DNA from: an uncultured Acidobacteriota bacterium
GTDB lineage: Bacteria > Actinomycetota > Acidimicrobiia > Spongiisociales > ZC4RG35
Length of the DNA stretch: 64,000 bases
Assembly: GCA_963778755.1 (NCBI GenBank)
Contig: CAVZVJ010000002.1
Coordinates: forward strand, 19,463 to 83,462
Reading direction: 5' to 3'
Part shown: positions 10,611 to 20,115 of the stretch, in pieces
Numbering within the stretch: the stretch's first letter is position 1
Layout: each line of letters begins with the position of its first letter
The notes under the pieces: generated by a model
Told to the model about the DNA's origin: nothing
Database searches by the model: none
What the model saw: the letters and a program-made list of their open reading frames with translations, nothing else
Made by a program: the position numbers and the translations under genes

Positions 10611-13114
10611 CTCTTCATCCGCTGGTCCTCCGGATCGAAGAGGGGGGTCGATCCGGCCACGGTCACCTTCACCGGGTAGAGCTCGTTCATGTACATGACC
10701 GCCAGGTCGTTGCCCACCACGGCGTGCTCCGGTGGCAGATAGGCCATCATGAGGTACTTGCCAACCGAGGGCCCGGCGCCCGCAGTCGTCACGTAGGAGG
10801 GCCGATCCTTGCTGTCGGCGATCCGCCCGCCGTCCGGGGTGGTGATCGGCTCCCTGCCAGTCGGATAGCGCTTGATCTTGTCCCGGGCCGACATGTGGTC
10901 CTCGATCGTCAGGGTGCAGAGGATCGCTGCGGGCTCCTTCTCCCTGGCCTCGAGGTAGGCCTCCTTGCCGATGAAATCGTGCGACTTGACTCGCGGTCTC
11001 GCAAGCCCGGCCTCGACCGGGTTGTACTCACTCTCGAGCTCAGACCCCATCAGCCGATAGCCCTTCTCCAAACGCCCGGTGGTCCCGTATACCCCGGCGC
11101 CCACGGCGGTGACACCCAGGTCCTGACCCGCCTCCCAGAGCCGGTCCCACATCGGCCGGCCGGACTCGGACGGGACATAGACCTCCCAACCCAACTCCCC
11201 GACATACGAAATGCGGAATAGGCGGGCGTTGATCGAGTCGAAGTCCACGGCCTGGGTGGTTCCATAGGGAAAGGCGTCGTTGGAGAGATCGTGATCGGTG
11301 ATCGACTGCACGAGATCGCGCGCCTCGGGGCCCCAGACCCCGATCGTGGTGTAGGCGGAGGTGAGGTCGGACAGGTGTACGGATCCGTCCTCGGGGAGCC
11401 TTCGTCCGAACCAGTGTTTGTCCCTTGGGCCGTCGAAGGCCCCGGTGATCACCCGAAAATGCTCGTCCCCCAGACGCATGATCGTCAGATCGGCCTTGAA
11501 CCCACCCGACTCGGTGAGGAGCGGGGTGTAGACCGAGCGCCCGATCTCGACGTCGGCGTTGTTGACCGTCATCCGCTGGATGTAGTCCACGACTCCGGGC
11601 CCGGTGAAGTCGAAGATGACAAAGGGAGCAAGGTCGACCATGCCGACCTTGTCCCGCATCGCCAGGTGCTCGGCGCTCTGGATCGGAGACCACCAGCGAC
11701 GGTCCCACTCATGGGGACGGTCCTCGATTCCGTAGTGGGCCACCAGCGGCGCGTTCGACTCATACCAGTGGGGCCGCTCCCAACCGCCGGCCTCGAAGTA
11801 GACAGCCCCAAGATCGGCGGTGCGGGAATGGACCGGTGAAAGCCGCTTGTCGCGCTCTGAAGCCCATTGCTCCCGGGGGTGGACGATCCCATATGTCTTG
11901 TTGAAGTGCTCGGCACAGCGAGCCCGGATGTGATGCTGGGTTCGCGTGTATGGGTAGAACCTTGCGATGTCAGAGGCGTGTGGATCGAGCTCCGGGTAGC
12001 CGTGTGTCATCCACTCGGCGACGGCCCGCCCGGTGCCTGGGCCCTCCTTGATCCAGATGGCGGCGGCCGACCAGAGGTTCTCGACCTCGACGGTCTCGCC
12101 GATGAGCGGCATCGCGTCGGGGGTAAGAGACAGGAGGCCGTTGATCGCGTACTTGATCTCCGCACCGGACAGGATGTCGGGCATCAACTCCAGGGCATCT
12201 TCGAGTTGATCATCGAAGTCGTCGGCGGTGAATGGGAGCTCGGTAGGCGAGAACCGGGCCTCGGATAGGGACGGGATCTCGTCGGGGGAGTGGAAGATCG
12301 GGCGATGGGCGTAGGAGCCCACCTCCATGGATCCTGAGGTCTGCCGCTCATACATGTACGTGTCCATGTCGCGGACGATCGGAAACGCCAGTTCCTTGCC
12401 CGACTCCTGGAGGATCGGGATCGGGCCCACGTCAATCATCTGGTGGACGGCCGGGGTGAGGGGGATGGTCGCTCCGGCCATCCACGCGATACGAGGGCTC
12501 CATACCCCACAAGCGATGACGACGAATTCCGCCTCGACACGGCCCTTGTCCGTGACCACCGCGGTGACCCGGCCCCGCTCGGTCTCGATCCCGAGGATCT
12601 CTGTGTTGGCGACGGTCTCGAGGGCGCCCAATGCCTGGGCTCGCTCCCGAAAGATGGTGCCCGCCCGCAGCGAGTCGACCGCGGAGACAGTCGGGAAGTA
12701 ACAGCCACCGAGAAGGATCTCCTCGTTGATGAAGGGGACGAGATCCTTGATCTCGGCGGGGCTCACCAGGTGAGCCTCCATGTCCCAGTTCTTAGCCGAG
12801 CTCACCCTGCGCCGCAGTTCCTCCATCCGCGCTTCGGTCCGGGCGACTTCGATACCGCCGCAAGTGACGTTGACTCCCATCGCCTCGTACTGGCGCTGAC
12901 TGTCGAGGGTCAGCATGGCCATCTCTTTGTTGTGGTCCACCGGAAAGATGAAGTTGGAGGCGTGCCCGGTAGAGCCTCCGGGATTGGGGAGGGGGCCCTT
13001 GTCGATCTGGACGATGTCGCGCCAGCCGAGGTCGGCGAGATGACCGATTACCGAATTGCCGACGATTCCGGCTCCAATCACCACAACGCTGGCGCTGGAG
13101 GGCACATCACTCAC
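10607..13114 (-). CDS. Dimethylglycine/sarcosine dehydrogenase family protein (FAD domain plus folate-binding GcvT-like domain)
   Basis: Intact 835-aa ORF. The N-terminus has VVVIGAGIVGNSVIGHL (GxGxxG) and STGHASNF. The C-terminal half is aminomethyltransferase-like. It is translationally coupled to etfBA. Confidence 0.85.
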   Translation of the reverse strand: MSDVPSSASVVVIGAGIVGNSVIGHLADLGWRDIVQIDKGPLPNPGGSTGHASNFIFPVDHNKEMAMLTLDSQRQYEAMGVNVTCGGIEVARTEARMEELRRRVSSAKNWDMEAHLVSPAEIKDLVPFINEEILLGGCYFPTVSAVDSLRAGTIFRERAQALGALETVANTEILGIETERGRVTAVVTDKGRVEAEFVVIACGVWSPRIAWMAGATIPLTPAVHQMIDVGPIPILQESGKELAFPIVRDMDTYMYERQTSGSMEVGSYAHRPIFHSPDEIPSLSEARFSPTELPFTADDFDDQLEDALELMPDILSGAEIKYAINGLLSLTPDAMPLIGETVEVENLWSAAAIWIKEGPGTGRAVAEWMTHGYPELDPHASDIARFYPYTRTQHHIRARCAEHFNKTYGIVHPREQWASERDKRLSPVHSRTADLGAVYFEAGGWERPHWYESNAPLVAHYGIEDRPHEWDRRWWSPIQSAEHLAMRDKVGMVDLAPFVIFDFTGPGVVDYIQRMTVNNADVEIGRSVYTPLLTESGGFKADLTIMRLGDEHFRVITGAFDGPRDKHWFGRRLPEDGSVHLSDLTSAYTTIGVWGPEARDLVQSITDHDLSNDAFPYGTTQAVDFDSINARLFRISYVGELGWEVYVPSESGRPMWDRLWEAGQDLGVTAVGAGVYGTTGRLEKGYRLMGSELESEYNPVEAGLARPRVKSHDFIGKEAYLEAREKEPAAILCTLTIEDHMSARDKIKRYPTGREPITTPDGGRIADSKDRPSYVTTAGAGPSVGKYLMMAYLPPEHAVVGNDLAVMYMNELYPVKVTVAGSTPLFDPEDQRMKS

Positions 13115-13235
13115 GTAACAACCTCATTTCTTGGTATGGCCAATCATGGCCTGCCGTGGACTCAGGTGCGGTCGGGAGACTAGTGTTCCAACATACAGCA
13201 CACGACCACATCGTGGAACGCACCGGGAGAGGCCG

Positions 13236-13937
13236 ATGGCCGACGATGAGCTAGATCTGAATTCACTTTCTGACGCCGATCTGGTGACTCAGATGCATGA
13301 CGATCTCTACGACGGCATGGCAGATGAGATCGTCGAAGGCACGCGGATACTCCTCGGTCGCAACTGGGGCCCGCAAGAAGTTCTCAACGAGGCCCTCGTC
13401 GAGGGGATGCGCATCGTCGGGATCGATTTCCGAGACGGGATCCTCTTCGTGCCCGAAGTCCTGCTGGCGGCCAACGCCATGAAAGCCGGCATGGAGGTGC
13501 TCCGACCCCTGCTCGTCGAAACCGGGGCCCGCACCATCGGCAAGGTGGTGATCGGCACGGTCAAGGGGGACATTCACGACATCGGCAAGAACCTGGTGGC
13601 GATGATGCTCGAGGGTGCTGGCTTCGAGGTGATCAACCTGGGCATCAACACCGACGCCGAGGAATTCATCGCCGCCCTCGAGGAGCACAAGCCCGACATC
13701 CTGGGTATGTCGGCGCTGCTGACCACGACCATGCCCTACATGAAGGTTGTTATCGACACCTTGAAGGAGCGGAACATCCGGGACGACTACATCGTGATGG
13801 TCGGTGGGGCCCCGCTCAATGAGGAATTCGGCATGGCCATCGGCGCCGACGCCTATTGCCGCGATGCTGCGGTTGCCACCGAGACTGCCGAGGCTTTGGT
13901 GCTTGCTCGCCGTCTGACCTCAGGAGAGGACGCATGA
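13236..13937 (+). CDS. Cobalamin-binding corrinoid protein of a methyltransferase system (MtgC/MttC-like)
   Basis: ATG 13236 follows GGGAGAGG. It carries the B12-binding signature GTVKGDIHDIGKN (DxHxxG), plus GMSALLTTT and MVGGAPL. Confidence 0.85.
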   Translation: MADDELDLNSLSDADLVTQMHDDLYDGMADEIVEGTRILLGRNWGPQEVLNEALVEGMRIVGIDFRDGILFVPEVLLAANAMKAGMEVLRPLLVETGARTIGKVVIGTVKGDIHDIGKNLVAMMLEGAGFEVINLGINTDAEEFIAALEEHKPDILGMSALLTTTMPYMKVVIDTLKERNIRDDYIVMVGGAPLNEEFGMAIGADAYCRDAAVATETAEALVLARRLTSGEDA

Positions 13938-14545
13938 GCGAACCGCGGGACGGTGTGTTGGTGATTGCCTGTGGGGCGCTGGCCAAGGAGATCCTGGAAG
14001 TGGTCCGGGTCAACTCGTTGGACTGGGTGGACGTCGAGTGCCTTCCCTCCCGGCTCCACAACACACCCGACCGCATACCTGCGGCCATTGCCGAAAAAGT
14101 CGACTCCGGTCTCGAGCGCTACCGCGAAGTGTTTGTCGGCTACGCCGATTGCGGGACGGGCGGGGCTCTCGATGCGGTGCTCGAGGAGCGCGGCGTCGAA
14201 CGTCTTCCCGGCGCCCACTGCTACGAGTTCTTTGCGACCAGTGACGTCTTCGAATCCCTCTCCGAGCAGGAGCCGGGCACCTTCTACCTGACCGACTTCC
14301 TGGTGCGCCATTTCGATCGCCTCGTCTGGCGAGGGCTGGGTCTCGATCGTTGGCCCCACCTGCGAGACGATTACTTCGGCAACTACAAGCGTCTCGTCTA
14401 TCTCTCCCAGGTCGAAACGCCTGATCTGATCGCTAGGGCGGAGCTCGCCGCCTCTCGTCTCAGCCTCGCCTTCGAGCATCGGCCCGTCGGATACGGCGAT
14501 CTGGCCACCAGCCTGGTCGAGGTGTCGCGTCGGGTCCCCGCATGA
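13934..14545 (+). CDS. DUF1638 domain protein
   Basis: ATG 13934 overlaps the upstream stop (ATGA). It reads VLVIACGALAKEILEVV...VFVGYADCGTGGALD...PGAHCYEFF. This matches my recollection of DUF1638, a family that accompanies corrinoid methyltransferase genes. Confidence 0.6.
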   Translation: MSEPRDGVLVIACGALAKEILEVVRVNSLDWVDVECLPSRLHNTPDRIPAAIAEKVDSGLERYREVFVGYADCGTGGALDAVLEERGVERLPGAHCYEFFATSDVFESLSEQEPGTFYLTDFLVRHFDRLVWRGLGLDRWPHLRDDYFGNYKRLVYLSQVETPDLIARAELAASRLSLAFEHRPVGYGDLATSLVEVSRRVPA

Positions 14546-14853
14546 GCCCGCGTGAGGCTGGGCCCGAGTTGACCGTCATCCGCTGGCGCGAGATCCCTGC
14601 CCAGGTCGTGGCCCGGAAGGGGAGGGAGACGGTCAAGCGTGAGCTTTCCCCGAGATTTCAGGTCGCTATCGACCGCGCCGCTATGTACGCCGGATTGTTC
14701 GGCACCGATGACTACCTCTCAGAATGGGCCCGGGACACCCGCCCTTGCAGCGACGACTTGGAAAGCGAAGTGGCGGCCGAAACCACCCGCATCGAGACAG
14801 AGTTCGACCCGGAGACCCTCAATGACCTGGCCGGCAATGGAGGCGTGAGATGA
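14542..14853 (+). CDS. Small conserved protein of unknown function (about 100 aa; resembles the family Pfam names 'virulence factor')
   Basis: 103-aa ORF with 4-nt overlaps on both sides. It reads LTVIRWREIPAQVVARKGRETVKRELSPRFQVAIDRAAM. The family call is from recall only. Confidence 0.5.
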   Translation: MSPREAGPELTVIRWREIPAQVVARKGRETVKRELSPRFQVAIDRAAMYAGLFGTDDYLSEWARDTRPCSDDLESEVAAETTRIETEFDPETLNDLAGNGGVR

Positions 14854-15746
14854 CCGACACCGTGGTTTCATCACCAACCCGGGAGGTCGTGATCGGGTTC
14901 GACCGACCCTTCGTCTTGATCGGCGAGAGGATCAATCCCACCGGGCGCAAGCTCCTGGCCGAGGAGATGAAGAACGGCGACTTCAGCCGGGTCGAGACCG
15001 ATGCGCTGAGCCAGGTTCAGGCCGGCGCGCAAATGCTGGACGTCAACGCCGGGATCCCGCTCGCCGACGAGCCGGCACTCCTTGCCCGAGCCGTGGAGCT
15101 GGTTCAGTCTCTGACCGACGTGCCGTTGTCGATCGACTCATCGATCGTGGAGGCACTGGAGTCCGGGCTGGCTGCCTACAAGGGCAAGGCCCTGGTCAAC
15201 TCGGTGACCGGGGAAGAGGAGCGTTTGGAACGGGTCCTGCCCCTGGTCGCCAAACACGGGGCAGCGGTGGTGGCCATCTCCAATGATGAGACGGGGATCT
15301 CAGAGGATCCCGATGTCCGTTTCGAGGTGGCAAAGAAGATCGTGAACCGAGCCGCCGACTACGGGATTCCCACCGCGGACGTGGTGGTCGACCCGTTGGT
15401 GATGCCAATTGGTGCCATCGCCACGGCCGGGAGACAGGTCTTCCATCTAGTGCGCAGGCTGCGTGACGAGCTCGGGGTCAACACCACATGCGGCGCCTCC
15501 AACATCAGTTTCGGCCTCCCCAACCGTGCCGGCATCAACGCCGCCTACCTGGCGATGGTGATGGGGGCGGGGATGACCTGCGCCATCACCAATCCGCTGG
15601 AGGCCGAGATCCGACAGGCGATCCTGGCGGCAGACGTCCTCAACGGCCACGACCCCAACTGCGCAACCTGGATTCGGACCTATCGAGAGCCTCCGGCAGC
15701 CGGCGAGAGGGGCCGCGCCCGTGAGAACCGGCGCCGAACCGGCTAA
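14850..15746 (+). CDS. Pterin-binding methyltransferase (methyl-corrinoid:tetrahydrofolate methyltransferase, MtgA/AcsE/MetH-domain type)
   Basis: 298-aa ORF reading FVLIGERINPTGRKLLAEEMKNGDF...MLDVNAG...LSIDSS...LVNSV...TTCGASNISFGLPNR. Confidence 0.8.
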   Translation: MTDTVVSSPTREVVIGFDRPFVLIGERINPTGRKLLAEEMKNGDFSRVETDALSQVQAGAQMLDVNAGIPLADEPALLARAVELVQSLTDVPLSIDSSIVEALESGLAAYKGKALVNSVTGEEERLERVLPLVAKHGAAVVAISNDETGISEDPDVRFEVAKKIVNRAADYGIPTADVVVDPLVMPIGAIATAGRQVFHLVRRLRDELGVNTTCGASNISFGLPNRAGINAAYLAMVMGAGMTCAITNPLEAEIRQAILAADVLNGHDPNCATWIRTYREPPAAGERGRARENRRRTG

Positions 15747-15752
15747 ATCGCC

Positions 15753-17708
15753 ATGACGAGCCAGGTGATCTTCACGCCTTCGGGGCGGAGAGGATCGTTT
15801 CCCGAGGGCACCACCGTTCTCGACGCCGCCCGAGCGCTTGGCGTCGACCTCGACTCCGTGTGCGGCGGCCGAGGTTTGTGCGGGCGCTGTCAGGTGGTGA
15901 TCGGGAGCAGGCCAGGGGTGGAAGCTCGGCCCGAACGGCTCTCCCAGCCGGGTCCGACCGAGCTGGACTATCAGGGAAAGCGACCCCTCGTCGACGGCCA
16001 CCGGCTGGGATGCGCCGCTCACATCCAGGAAAACGTCGTGATCGATGTGCCTGCGGAGAGCCAGGTCCACAGACAGGTTGTTCGCAAGCGTGCAGGAGTG
16101 TCAGCCCTCCCGGTCGATCCGGTCGTCCGTCTCCACTACGTCGAGGTGGCCGAGCCCGACCTGGCCAGCCCTACCGGTGATCTGGAACGACTCATCGCCG
16201 CCCTCGGCGAGCAGTGGGAGCTGACCGGTCTTGAGATCGACCATCGCCTCCTGGCCCAGATCCAGACCGTATTGCGGCAAGGGAAATGGGCGGTGACCGT
16301 GGCGGTCCGCGAGGGAAGGGACCTGATCGCAATCTGGCCCGGTTTCCGGGACCTGGCGGTCGGGATCGCCTTCGACGTCGGCTCCACCACCATCGCCGGG
16401 CATCTTTGCGACCTGACTACAGGCGCGGTCCTCGCCTCTGCGGGCCGGATGAATCCCCAGATTGGCTTTGGCGAGGACCTGATGAGCCGGGTCTCCTACG
16501 TGATGATGAATGAGGACGGTGCCTCGCGTCTCACCATGGTCGTGCGCCAGGCACTCGACGAGTTGGTTGGGGAATTGGTGGGCGAAGGTGGCGTGGAGCG
16601 CACCGATGTCCTGGAGTTGACCCTCGTGGGCAACCCGATCATGCACCACCTCGCCCTGGGCTTCGACCCCAGGGAGTTGGGCACCGCTCCCTTCGCCTTG
16701 GTCACGACCTCCGCCCTCAGTACCCCGGCCGCCGAGCTCGGCCTCGGGGTGCATCCCGGCGCCCGGGTTTACACCCTTCCCTGTATTGCTGGCCACGTCG
16801 GGGCGGACGCCGCTGGGGCCGTCCTCTCCGAGGGCCCGCATCGGGGCGACAGCCTGCAACTGCTGGTCGATGTCGGCACCAACGCCGAGTTGGTCCTCGG
16901 CAACAAGCACCGGCTCCTGGCGGCATCGAGCCCAACCGGCCCCGCCTTCGAGGGAGCCCAGATCTCTTCGGGCCAGAGAGCAGCCCCCGGTGCCATCGAG
17001 CGGGTTCGCATCGACAAGACATCGTTGGAGCCCCGATTCTCCGTGATCGGCCAGGAGGCGTGGTCGGACGAGTCTGGTTTTGATTTCGAGGGAGTCACCG
17101 GGATCTGCGGATCGGGGATCATCGAGGCGATCGCTGGACTGTTCCTGGCCGGCGTCATCGACACCGATGGGGTGATCCGAGATCCGGCCAACCCATCGCC
17201 TCGAATCATGCCCTCCGAGCGGACCTTCTCCTACGTGTTGTGCTTCGAGCCCCGGATCGAGGTCACCCAGGCCGACGTCCGGGCGGTGCAACTGGCCAAG
17301 GCCGCGCTCTACGCAGGCGCCCGGCTCCTGATGGATCACTACGGGGTCGACCGGGTCGACGAGATCAGGTTGGCCGGGGCCTTCGGCAGCCACATCGACC
17401 CCATCTACGCCATGGTCCTGGGGATGATCCCAGACTGCGATCTCGACCGGGTGTCCGCCGCCGGGAACGCAGCCGGTGTGGGGGCGATGATGGCCTTGCT
17501 CTCAGGTGTTGCCCGGGTGGAGATCGAGACCACAGCTGCTTCGATCGAGAAAGTCGAGACCGCGGTGGAGCCCCGATTCCAAGAGCACTTCGTGGCCGCG
17601 TTGGCGATCCCGCACAAGACCGATCCCTTCCCGATGCTCTCCAAGGCGATCGACCTGCCGTCTCCAACTGAGACCAGGGGACGCCGCGGACGACGTTCCG
17701 GGCAGTAG
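15753..17708 (+). CDS. Reductive activator of corrinoid proteins (RACo-type: 2Fe-2S ferredoxin domain plus ASKHA ATPase domain)
   Basis: 651-aa ORF. The N-terminus has VCGGRGLCGRCQV. ASKHA motifs are IAFDVGSTTIAGHL, LLVDVGTNAELVLG and ICGSGIIEAIAGL. Confidence 0.8.
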   Translation: MTSQVIFTPSGRRGSFPEGTTVLDAARALGVDLDSVCGGRGLCGRCQVVIGSRPGVEARPERLSQPGPTELDYQGKRPLVDGHRLGCAAHIQENVVIDVPAESQVHRQVVRKRAGVSALPVDPVVRLHYVEVAEPDLASPTGDLERLIAALGEQWELTGLEIDHRLLAQIQTVLRQGKWAVTVAVREGRDLIAIWPGFRDLAVGIAFDVGSTTIAGHLCDLTTGAVLASAGRMNPQIGFGEDLMSRVSYVMMNEDGASRLTMVVRQALDELVGELVGEGGVERTDVLELTLVGNPIMHHLALGFDPRELGTAPFALVTTSALSTPAAELGLGVHPGARVYTLPCIAGHVGADAAGAVLSEGPHRGDSLQLLVDVGTNAELVLGNKHRLLAASSPTGPAFEGAQISSGQRAAPGAIERVRIDKTSLEPRFSVIGQEAWSDESGFDFEGVTGICGSGIIEAIAGLFLAGVIDTDGVIRDPANPSPRIMPSERTFSYVLCFEPRIEVTQADVRAVQLAKAALYAGARLLMDHYGVDRVDEIRLAGAFGSHIDPIYAMVLGMIPDCDLDRVSAAGNAAGVGAMMALLSGVARVEIETTAASIEKVETAVEPRFQEHFVAALAIPHKTDPFPMLSKAIDLPSPTETRGRRGRRSGQ

Positions 17709-17725
17709 CGGCTCTCCACGTTCGC

Positions 17726-17760
17726 GTTCCATGATGTAGTCTGGTACCACATCATGGAAC
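17726..17760. promoter_or_regulatory. 12-bp perfect inverted repeat spanning the MttB-family start codon
   Basis: GTTCCATGATGT (17726-17737), an 11-nt spacer, then ACATCATGGAAC (17749-17760). The ATG at 17754 lies in the right arm. The 14-mer CCACATCATGGAAC recurs as CCACATCGTGGAAC at 13206-13219, upstream of the corrinoid protein gene. Confidence 0.4.
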
Positions 17761-19291
17761 AGCCCACTGGACGTCGAAGTGGTGGCCGAGCAGCCCGACA
17801 GGCGGCGCGCACCGCCCGTGCCATCGACTCGGTGCCCTTCCTCACCAGGAGCGCTGGCCCCGGTCGAGGTGATGGGCGAAGAAGGGCTCTCTCTGATCGA
17901 GTCCAACGCCGAGGTGCTCCTCGAACGGGTCGGGATCGAAGTCCTCAACTATCCCGAGGCCCTGGACATCTTCCGCGGTGCAGGGTGTGAGGTCACCGAG
18001 ACCCGGGTTCGCTTCCCGGCCGGGCTCGCACGGAGCCTTCTCGCCACTGCCCCGTCCCAATTCACCCAGCACGCTCGCAATCCGGAACACGACGTGATTA
18101 TCGGCGACCCCCATCTGGTGTTCGCCCCGGCCTACGGGTCCCCCTTCGTGCGCGACCTCGAGGGAGGGCGTCGCTACGCCACCATCGCAGACTTCGAGAA
18201 CTTCGCCCGGCTCACTCACATGACGCCGTCGTTGCATCACGGCGGGGGAACGTTGTGCGAACCGGTCGACCTTGCCGGTGAACAAGCGGCATTACGACAT
18301 GGTCTTCGCCCACATCAAGAACCACGACAAGGCGTTCATGGGCTCGGTCACCGCTCCCCAGCGGGCCCAGGACACGGTCGATATGGCCGACATCGCATTC
18401 GGGGGAGAGGTGAAAGCGGGAAAGACGGTGCTGCTCTCGTTGTGCAATGCCAACAGCCCGATGAGCTGGGACTACAACATGCTCGGCTCGGCGAAGATCT
18501 ACGCAGAGAACAATCAGGCTTGTCTGATGACGCCGTTCATCCTTGCCGGGGCGATGGCACCGGTGACCGTCGCCGGGACCGCGACCCAAACCCTGGCCGA
18601 GGCAATGGCCGGGATGGCCTTCTGTCAGATGGTGCGACCGGGCGCACCGGTGGTCTTCGGATCGTTCGCTTCTTCGATCTCGATGCAATCTGGGGCGCCG
18701 ACCTTCGGTACGCCCGAGCCGGCCCTGGTCCTGTTCGTGATGGCGGCCTTGGCCCGGCGCCTGGGCATCCCTTTCCGCAGCGGCGGGAACCTCACGGCGG
18801 CCAAGACCCCTGACTACCAGGCTGCCTACGAGTCGGCGGCGACGTTCCTTCCGACGATTCTGGCCGGGGTCAACTTCGTGCTTCACACCGCGGGATGGCT
18901 CGAAGGTGGTCTGGCCATGGGCTACGAGAAGTTCATCCTCGACGCCGATCAGGCCGGCATGGCCGAGGCGATCCTCGGCGGCATCGATCTCTCCGAGAAC
19001 GGCCAGGCTCTAGAAGCCCTACTCGACAACCCACCGGGGCAGCATTTTCTGGGCAATGCCCACACTCTGGCCAATTTCGAAAGCGCCTTTTGGCGGAGTG
19101 GGACCGCCGACAACAACAGCTTCGAGCAATGGCAGGAGGCCGGTTCTCAGGAGGCCGCGACCCGGGCGAGCGGGATCTGGCGCCGAATGCTCAACGAGTA
19201 CGAGCCGCCAGCTCTCGACGAGGCGATCGAGGGGGAGCTGGTCGACTGGATTGGGCAGCGCAAGGCTTCCTTCCCGGACTCCGACGTCTGA
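17754..19291 (+). CDS. MttB-superfamily (non-pyrrolysine) quaternary-amine:corrinoid methyltransferase, two apparent 1-nt insertions
   Basis: Three frames join into one protein. ATG 17754 gives MEQPTGRRSGGRAARQAARTARAIDSVPFLTRS. ORF 17779 gives LAPVEVMGEEGLSLIESNAEVLLERVGIEVLNYPEALDIFRGAGCEV...GGGTLCEPVDL. ORF 18272 gives PVNKRHYDMVFAHIKNHDKAFMGSV... and runs to the stop at 19291. The shifts lie near 17851-17854 and near 18270. There is no in-frame TAG at either join. Confidence 0.85.
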
Positions 19292-19293
19292 CC

Positions 19294-20115
19294 ATGAGCG
19301 ACAGTCTGGTCAAGGCTCTTCTGAATGGAGCCGACTTTGAGGTGGTCCCTCTGAAGTCCGTCATGGACCAGGTGTCAGCCATTCCACCTGGCTACACGGT
19401 CTCGGTCACGGCTTCGCCGGCGAAGGGGATGAAGACCACGGTCGATCTGGCGATCGAGCTGCAGAAGCAGGGTTATCGGGCGGTGCCCCACCTCTCGGCT
19501 CGGATGATCGAAGGCCGCCGCGACCTGAGTTCGATCATCAAGCGCCTCGATGACGGTGGCGTATCCCGGGCCTTCATCACCGGTGGTGACGCCGAGCAGC
19601 GTGGGATCTACTTCGACGCCATGTCCCTGCTACTCGACCTCGCCGAGCTCGGACATCCCTTTTTCGAGGTGGGCATCACCGGTTATCCGGAGGGACATCC
19701 GGCGATTCCCGCCGATCGGCTGCGCAAGGCCCTGGTGGAGAAGCAGGCCCACGCCACCTACATCGTGACCCAAATGTGCTTCAACGCTAAGACGATCGCC
19801 GATTGGGTCACCTCGATCCGGGCCGATGGAGTCGCGCTCCCGATCAAGGTGGGGGTGCCGGGGGCGGTTGAACCAGCCAGGTTGTTGAGCATCGGAGCAC
19901 GAATCGGGGTTGGGGACTCGCTCAGGTTCGTGGCGAAGAATCGTCGAGCTCTGTTCCGGATCCTACGTCCTGGGAGATACCGGCCAGACCGGCTCGTCGA
20001 GCCTCTCGGGCGTCTGGGCGAAGGGCTCGGGTTGACCGGCCTGCACATCTTCACCTTCAACCAGGTCGCCCCGACGGTCGCCTGGCACAACAAGGCATTG
20101 GCAAGGATCGGCTGA
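19294..20115 (+). CDS. metF: Methylenetetrahydrofolate reductase family protein
   Basis: ATG 19294 lies 2 nt after the MttB stop. It reads FEVVPLKS...VSVTASPAKG...AVPHLSAR...FITGGD...ITGYPEGHP...IVTQMCF. Confidence 0.8.
   Translation: MSDSLVKALLNGADFEVVPLKSVMDQVSAIPPGYTVSVTASPAKGMKTTVDLAIELQKQGYRAVPHLSARMIEGRRDLSSIIKRLDDGGVSRAFITGGDAEQRGIYFDAMSLLLDLAELGHPFFEVGITGYPEGHPAIPADRLRKALVEKQAHATYIVTQMCFNAKTIADWVTSIRADGVALPIKVGVPGAVEPARLLSIGARIGVGDSLRFVAKNRRALFRILRPGRYRPDRLVEPLGRLGEGLGLTGLHIFTFNQVAPTVAWHNKALARIG

Noticed and set aside
13115-13235. A cobalamin riboswitch upstream of the corrinoid protein gene.
   Set aside because: The region is only about 120 bp and is shared with a divergent gene. 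I could not find a B12-box-like core. Only short inverted repeats are present.
16101-17393. A 430-aa minus-strand ORF.
   Set aside because: It is antisense to the RACo-type activator gene and has no motifs.
17754-19291. Pyrrolysine (in-frame UAG) read-through in the MttB-family gene.
   Set aside because: The two interruptions are frame changes with sequence continuing in the +1 frame, not in-frame TAG codons. No pyl genes are in the window.
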